From NCBI GenBank assembly GCA_028684095.1, contig JAQUGQ010000007.1, positions 13,489 to 77,488 of the forward strand: a stretch of DNA of 64,000 nucleotides, given 5' to 3'. This document shows positions 58,710-64,000 of the stretch, one piece after another. Below the pieces are notes generated by a model, which was not told where the DNA came from, searched no databases, and worked only from the letters and a program-made list of their open reading frames with translations. Position 1 is the stretch's first letter, and each line of letters opens with the position of its first letter. The stretch is from Clostridia bacterium (GTDB lineage: Bacteria > Bacillota > Clostridia > TANB77 > CAG-465). The position numbers and the translations under genes are program-made.

Positions 58710-59309
58710 ATGAGATTTAGAACTAAATTTTGTCGTATTGAAATAGAAACAATGTTAATATTTATAATACTTACTTCAATCATGTCTAATACACTATTTA
58801 AGTTTTTATATTATTTTTTTGCTTGTTATTTATTTATATTATTTCATGAGTTGATGCATATTTTAGTTGGCAGTATTTTGAATAAAAAATTAGTAAGAAT
58901 TAAATTTTCTATATCAGGAATATTTGCAAGCTTTGAAAAAGAAAAATACATAATTGATAAAGGTGTTTATGTAAAAAATATATTAATTTATATATCCGGT
59001 CCAATTTCAAACTTAATATTAGCCTATATATTTAGTGATAATACAATGATAAGTGAAATAAATATTTTTTTAGCAATACTAAATTTTTTACCTTTATTTC
59101 CTCTCGATGGATATAATATATTATTTAATGTGTTAAAATTGTTCTGTACACAAAAGTATATTAACAAAATTATAAATAATATTGAATATATATTTATAAT
59201 TTTAGTTTTATTTGTATCTATATATCAAATCAAAGAATATTACAATTTTTCATTAATTATATTTTGTATATATCTTTTGGTGTTAAAAATAAATAAAAAT
59301 AAGAGTTAA
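58710..59309 (+). CDS. spoIVFB: M50 site-2 protease, SpoIVFB-like, short form
   Basis: 199 aa. HELMHILVG (HExxH) in a TM helix and NFLPLFPLDG (NxxPxxxLDG). Directly follows the M23 gene. No CBS domain. Confidence 0.7.
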   Translation: MRFRTKFCRIEIETMLIFIILTSIMSNTLFKFLYYFFACYLFILFHELMHILVGSILNKKLVRIKFSISGIFASFEKEKYIIDKGVYVKNILIYISGPISNLILAYIFSDNTMISEINIFLAILNFLPLFPLDGYNILFNVLKLFCTQKYINKIINNIEYIFIILVLFVSIYQIKEYYNFSLIIFCIYLLVLKINKNKS

Positions 59310-59494
59310 AAATGTTTACTTAAAATAATATATTATCATGAACATTGATTTTTGTTTTATATTTTATTAAAATATAGTATATTACTATCTATTTCAATAA
59401 AATTACATATATATTACATAATTTTTACAAAAAGACTTGATTTTTAATTAAAAAAATAGTATCATATATATAGTTAAAATCTGGGGGTGTAAAA

Positions 59495-60778
59495 GTGGCT
59501 ATTGGAGATATTATTGTTGGACTTGATATTGGTGCTTCAAAAACATGCTCACTAGTAGGTCAGGTAAACAAATTCAGCGAAATTGAAGTAATCGGATATG
59601 GAATGTCAAATAATCAAAGTGTTAAAAAAGGAAAAATAATAGACACTCATGAAGCAGCCAGATCAATAAAAGAAGCCATTAATTCTGCAGAAGAAATATC
59701 AGGGCTTTCTATAAATTCAGCATATGTTAATGCTAAGGGAATGAATATAAGAATACAAAGAATGTTGATAGAATCTGAAACAGAGAAACCCGATGATGGA
59801 TTAAGTGTATCTGATATAAGTAACTTGTTTTTTAAGATGCAAGCTTCAACTAAATTAGAAAAAGATGAACAAATAATAGACATTTTACCTTGTGAATATA
59901 AGGTTAATGATAAAACATATAAACAGGATCCTTTAGGTGCTTTTTGTAAAAAATTTCAAGTTAAAGCAGATGTGGTAATAGCTAAAGGTGATTATTTAGA
60001 TGGAATGATAAAATCTCTTAAACTTGCAGATATAAAACTAGATGGAATAATATTAGAAACATTAGCAACATCAAATATAGTATTAATGCCAGAAGAGAAA
60101 GAAATGGGAGTATTGTTATTAGATGTTGGTGCTGGTCATACAGATATATCGGTATACAAAGATTCAGAATTACAGTTTTATGATACTTTACCGATTGGTG
60201 GAAATCATATAACTAATGATATAGCAATAACATTTGATATTTCTTTTGAAGAAGCGGATAAATTAAAAAGACAGTACAATTTGGCAATACAGGCCATGAT
60301 TAAAAATAATCATGAAGTTAAATTAAATTCAGTTTCTTCAAGTGATGGACAAAATATAGTTAAATGTAATGATATAGTACAAGTTATAGAAGCTAGAGTA
60401 AAAGAAATATATCAAATAGTAAAAAAGATAATAGCGGATAATAAATTGAATTCTAAAATAGAATGTATGGTTCTAACTGGACAAGGTATTAGTAACATAA
60501 TTGGTACAGAAGAACTTGCAATGTTAATAATCAAATTAAATCAAGTAAGAATATGCTCACCAAAACTTGTTAATGTAATAAAAACTCAACATACTACAGT
60601 ATTTGGGATGGTGAGATATATATCTAGCTTAGGTCTTAGTAAACATGTTAATAGTGAAGTGGAAATAATAACTGAACCTTTATTTAAAGATAAAGTTTTA
60701 GATATAATAAAAAAAACAAAAGAAAGAATTACTAACATATTAAAGCGAGCTAAAAAAACTGATAACGATAACGAATAA
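59495..60778 (+). CDS. ftsA: cell division protein FtsA
   Basis: 427 aa. GTG start behind GGGGGTG. VGLDIGASKTC and LLLDVGAGHTDISVY are actin-fold phosphate motifs. Confidence 0.93.
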   Translation: MAIGDIIVGLDIGASKTCSLVGQVNKFSEIEVIGYGMSNNQSVKKGKIIDTHEAARSIKEAINSAEEISGLSINSAYVNAKGMNIRIQRMLIESETEKPDDGLSVSDISNLFFKMQASTKLEKDEQIIDILPCEYKVNDKTYKQDPLGAFCKKFQVKADVVIAKGDYLDGMIKSLKLADIKLDGIILETLATSNIVLMPEEKEMGVLLLDVGAGHTDISVYKDSELQFYDTLPIGGNHITNDIAITFDISFEEADKLKRQYNLAIQAMIKNNHEVKLNSVSSSDGQNIVKCNDIVQVIEARVKEIYQIVKKIIADNKLNSKIECMVLTGQGISNIIGTEELAMLIIKLNQVRICSPKLVNVIKTQHTTVFGMVRYISSLGLSKHVNSEVEIITEPLFKDKVLDIIKKTKERITNILKRAKKTDNDNE

Positions 60779-60798
60779 TTATTAAGGAGGAATTTTAA

Positions 60799-61893
60799 AT
60801 GGAAACACAAGTACAAGCAGGAATGGCCAATATCAAAGTAGTTGGAGTAGGTGGAGCTGGGAATAACGGTGTAAATAGAATGGTTGATGCAGGTGTTAGA
60901 GGTGTAGAATTTATTTCCATAAACACTGATAAACAAGCGTTAGAACTTTCTAAAGCATCAATAAAGATACAAATAGGTGAAAAATTAACTAGAGGATTAG
61001 GAGCAGGTGCAAATCCTGAAATAGGTAAATGTAGTGCAGAAGAATCAAGAGCTGAAATAGCTGAAGCTTTAAAAGGAGCAGATATGGTATTTGTTACATC
61101 TGGAATGGGTGGTGGGACAGGTACAGGAGCTGCACCAATAGTTGCTGAAGTTTCTAAACAAATGGGAATATTAACGGTAGCTGTAGTTACAAAACCATTT
61201 CCTTTTGAAGGAAAAAGAAGAATGAATCAAGCAGATATTGGAATAAAAGAGTTAAGAGAAACGGTAGATACATTAATAACAATACCTAATGAAAAATTAT
61301 TGCAAGTTGTTGAAAAAAATACTTCTGTAACATCTGCATTTAAAATGGCAGATGATGTATTAAAACAAGGTGTACAAGGTATATGTGACTTAATAACAGT
61401 ACCAGGTCTTGTAAATCTAGATTTTGCAGATGTTAAAACAATAATGTTAGATGCAGGAATTGCACATATGGGTATAGGAAGAGCTTCTGGAGAACATAGA
61501 GCACAAGAAGCTGCAAGACAAGCTATACATAGTCCTTTACTTGAAACATCAATTGAAGGAGCAGGTGGTGTTTTAATAAATGTAACTGGTGGAAAAGATT
61601 TAGGCTTATTAGAAATAAATGAAGCTGCAGAACTTGTACAAAAATCAGTTGATCCTGAGGCTAATATTATATTTGGTGCAGTAATTGATGAATCAATGAC
61701 AGATGAAATAGTAATAACAGTAATTGCAACTGGATTTGAAAAAACAATAAATTCTGATATGAAATTAGATAATATAGTAGGGGATGCTATAAAAGCAGCA
61801 GTAAATAATAATTCAAAAATGTCAGCATCGTCAAGTGAATATAAAGTAGATTGGGATGTCCCACCTTTTTTAAGAAGAAGCAAAGGCGAATAA
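60799..61893 (+). CDS. ftsZ: cell division protein FtsZ
   Basis: 364 aa. [17 protein letters not shown] and the tubulin signature [12 protein letters not shown]. Confidence 0.98.
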   Translation: METQVQAGMANIKVVGVGGAGNNGVNRMVDAGVRGVEFISINTDKQALELSKASIKIQIGEKLTRGLGAGANPEIGKCSAEESRAEIAEALKGADMVFVTSGMGGGTGTGAAPIVAEVSKQMGILTVAVVTKPFPFEGKRRMNQADIGIKELRETVDTLITIPNEKLLQVVEKNTSVTSAFKMADDVLKQGVQGICDLITVPGLVNLDFADVKTIMLDAGIAHMGIGRASGEHRAQEAARQAIHSPLLETSIEGAGGVLINVTGGKDLGLLEINEAAELVQKSVDPEANIIFGAVIDESMTDEIVITVIATGFEKTINSDMKLDNIVGDAIKAAVNNNSKMSASSSEYKVDWDVPPFLRRSKGE

Positions 61894-61922
61894 CATAAAC
61901 ACAAAATAAGTAATTATATAAA

Positions 61923-61955
61923 AACTAAGAATATTAAGTATTCTTGGTTTTTTTT
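61923..61955 (+). terminator. rho-independent terminator after ftsZ
   Basis: AACTAAGAATA (61923-61933) pairs with TATTCTTGGTT (61939-61949), then a T-run. Confidence 0.8.
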
Positions 61956-62048
61956 ATGCTTTATTGTAAATCGAAATATTATATATTTTTTATTTTTCAA
62001 CATTTTTCTTCTATATTGGAGTGTATAATATGTTTAAGGTGATTCTAT

Positions 62049-62870
62049 TTGAAGATATATTTAGATTATGTATTTATAGAAAATTTTATTGTTAATATAT
62101 CAATTTTATATCAAACAAGTATTTTCACAAAAACAAAAGTGAATAAAATAAGATTGATAGTATTATCGGTTTTTCTATCAATAATATCCATAATGAAAAC
62201 ACTAGAAATTTCTACTAATATTATAATTCAAATATTAACCATAAATATAGTAATATACCTATTATATCTTCCTAAAAGTGTAATAAAATATATAAAACAA
62301 CAAATGTATTATTATTTAATATATATAATGTATATAGGTATAATAATATCTACGTCTATATTTTTTAGCATAAATTTAAATAATATTTATACAAGAATTT
62401 TATTATACATAGTAACGGCATGTGTGACATATATAATTAATAAATATATGTGGAAAATTTGGATAAATAAAATCAAATATAATAATTTAACATATAAAAT
62501 AGTTATAAATAGTTTAAATAATCTTACGTTCAAAGTTTTTGTAGATACAGGTAATAATATAAGAGATTCTTTTAGTAATCTTGATGTAATTATTTTAAAT
62601 AGCAAGGTGTATAACTTAAAACTAAAAAGTAAATTGATTGATGATAAACAAAGAGAAATAGTATCTTTAGAAGTTTTAACAGCCATAGGTAAAAGTGAAA
62701 TAAAAGGATATATATTTAATGATATAAGTATAAAAAAAGGGGGAATAGAAAAAATAATTTTAAAGAAAGCAATTATTCTATTCATAGATGAGAAAATCAA
62801 CAACTATGAATATGATGGAATAATTAGTTATAATACATATTTAGAGAAACTAGAGGGGGTAACGATATGA
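62049..62870 (+). CDS. spoIIGA: sigma-E processing aspartic protease SpoIIGA
   Basis: 273 aa. TTG start 6 nt after [23 protein letters not shown] start, five N-terminal TMs, and [10 protein letters not shown] catalytic motif. 4-nt overlap with sigE. Confidence 0.9.
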   Translation: MKIYLDYVFIENFIVNISILYQTSIFTKTKVNKIRLIVLSVFLSIISIMKTLEISTNIIIQILTINIVIYLLYLPKSVIKYIKQQMYYYLIYIMYIGIIISTSIFFSINLNNIYTRILLYIVTACVTYIINKYMWKIWINKIKYNNLTYKIVINSLNNLTFKVFVDTGNNIRDSFSNLDVIILNSKVYNLKLKSKLIDDKQREIVSLEVLTAIGKSEIKGYIFNDISIKKGGIEKIILKKAIILFIDEKINNYEYDGIISYNTYLEKLEGVTI

Positions 62871-63577
62871 ATTATTTAATTAAAATAAAAGAAATTTACC
62901 GCAATTTATTGAAAATGTTAGGTATTGATGAAAATTCGATTTTATATATATCTGGTAGTGATCGATTACCTTCAATATTAACACCTGAAGAAGAAGCGAT
63001 ATTATTAGAAAAATTAATGAATAAAGATAATGATGCAAAGAACACTTTAGTAGAAAAAAACTTAAGACTAGTTGTATATATAGCTAAAAAATTTGAGAAT
63101 TCAGGAATAAATATTGAAGATTTAATATCAATAGGTACTATAGGACTTATGAAAGGTGTTAATAGTTATAAGTTAGACAAGAATATAAAGCTTGCAACAT
63201 ATGCATCTAGATGTATTGAAAATGAAATTTTAATGTTTCTTAGAAAAAACAATAAAATACGTAGTGAAATATCAATTGATGAACCAATAAATATTGATAG
63301 TGAAGGGAATGATTTATCACTTTCGGATATTTTAGGAACAGATATAGATGTAATTTTTAAGTCTGTTGAAGATAGTGATAATAAGAAAGTATTAAATATA
63401 GCTATAAGAAAGTTAAATGATAGAGAAAAAATAATAATGCAAATGAGATATGGTTTTGATGGAATTGATGAATTGACACAAAAAGAGGTTGCCGATAAAT
63501 TAGGAATATCTCAATCATATATTTCAAGAATTGAAAAAAAAGTCATAAATCATCTAAAAAAGAGTTTTACAAAGTAA
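62867..63577 (+). CDS. sigE: sporulation sigma factor E (pro-sigma-E)
   Basis: 236 aa. Pro-sequence followed by [17 protein letters not shown]. Region 2 [17 protein letters not shown]. Region 4 [21 protein letters not shown]. Confidence 0.93.
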   Translation: MNYLIKIKEIYRNLLKMLGIDENSILYISGSDRLPSILTPEEEAILLEKLMNKDNDAKNTLVEKNLRLVVYIAKKFENSGINIEDLISIGTIGLMKGVNSYKLDKNIKLATYASRCIENEILMFLRKNNKIRSEISIDEPINIDSEGNDLSLSDILGTDIDVIFKSVEDSDNKKVLNIAIRKLNDREKIIMQMRYGFDGIDELTQKEVADKLGISQSYISRIEKKVINHLKKSFTK

Positions 63578-63640
63578 TTGGGATAATTTTCCACAAATGG
63601 ACTCAAAATAGTAACATAAGATAAATATATGGAGGTACAT

Positions 63641-64000
63641 ATGAATATAAAAGTGGAAATAAAATGTGTGGATACATCAAAATTACCAAAACTTACTAAC
63701 AAAGAACAAATAGATATGTTAAGAAGATACAAAAATGGCGAATTAGAATTAAAAGATGAACTTGTTAATTCTAATTTGAGATTAGTACTTAGTTTAGTTA
63801 AAAAATTTAATAATAGGGGTGAATGTGTAGATGATATATTTCAAATTGGTGTAATAGGTCTAATTAAGGCAATTGATAATTTTGATATATCACAAAATGT
63901 TCAATTTTCTACTTATGCAGTACCAATGATAATAGGAGAGATAAAGCGATATCTTAGAGACAATAGTGCATTTAGAGTTACAAGGTCAATAAGAGATTTG
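63641..64000 (+). CDS. sigG: sporulation sigma factor G (N-terminal 120 codons, runs off window end)
   Basis: Not in ORF track (no stop in-window). ATG 63641 sits behind GGAGG (63631-63635). Motifs KLPKLTNKEQIDMLRRYKNGE, NLRLVLSLVKKF and FSTYAVPMIIGEIKRYLRDN. Conserved spoIIGA-sigE-sigG order. Confidence 0.88.
   Translation, partial: MNIKVEIKCVDTSKLPKLTNKEQIDMLRRYKNGELELKDELVNSNLRLVLSLVKKFNNRGECVDDIFQIGVIGLIKAIDNFDISQNVQFSTYAVPMIIGEIKRYLRDNSAFRVTRSIRDL

Noticed and set aside
61227-61904. 225-aa ORF antisense to ftsZ
   Set aside because: It lies entirely inside the unmistakable ftsZ CDS. It has the Ser/Ile/Phe/Thr-rich composition typical of the antisense frame, with no SD.
61960-62048. Possible Spo0A boxes in the spoIIGA promoter (AATCGAA at about 61969-61975, before an extended -10 TGTATAAT)
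   Set aside because: The heptamer has two mismatches to TGTCGAA. This is too weak to call without binding data, although a Spo0A-dependent spoIIG promoter would be expected.

Overview
This window is 64 kb of a very AT-rich chromosome from an endospore-forming, Clostridia-like Firmicute, centred on the replication origin. Genes left of about 46.6 kb run mostly on the minus strand and genes right of about 47.1 kb run on the plus strand. They meet at rpmH | DnaA-box cluster | dnaA | DnaA-box/DnaA-trio/AT-rich oriC | dnaN-recF-gyrB.

Left arm, in order: scpA, deoD, recX-recA, two acyl-CoA ligase paralogues, tcdA, a peroxiredoxin, cardiolipin synthase, an orphan Wzz/BY-kinase/PHP-phosphatase triad and a nuclease. 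Next comes a ~0.57 kb structured non-coding stretch that I interpret as OLE RNA, with an oapA-like membrane partner. It is followed by spo0A, a tandem receiver-only spo0A paralogue and yabG. Then comes a six-gene secretion-ATPase operon (split VirB4-like + TadZ-like + TadA/CpaF-like + TadB-like + unknown). After it lie small-protein genes including an unlisted Spo0E-like ORF, catalase, an M16 peptidase pair, a frameshifted tagO/wecA-like gene, rpiB, a ywlE-like phosphatase, a ZIP transporter and two tRNA-Ser. The arm ends with parB-parA-rsmG-mnmG-mnmE-jag-yidC-yidD-rnpA-rpmH.

Right arm, in order: dnaA-dnaN-recF-gyrB (no gyrA), infC-rpmI-rplT, efp, a frameshifted miaB, an M23/M50 pair (spoIVFA/FB-like), ftsA-ftsZ and spoIIGA-sigE-sigG (partial).

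I saw no CRISPR array, rRNA, transposase, integrase or prophage genes. The three most noteworthy items are the hybrid VirB4/Tad operon beside sporulation regulators, the Spo0A receiver-only paralogue, and the OLE-like RNA. All calls come from reading motifs in the supplied translations and the nucleotide sequence by eye. No database or covariance-model search was possible.
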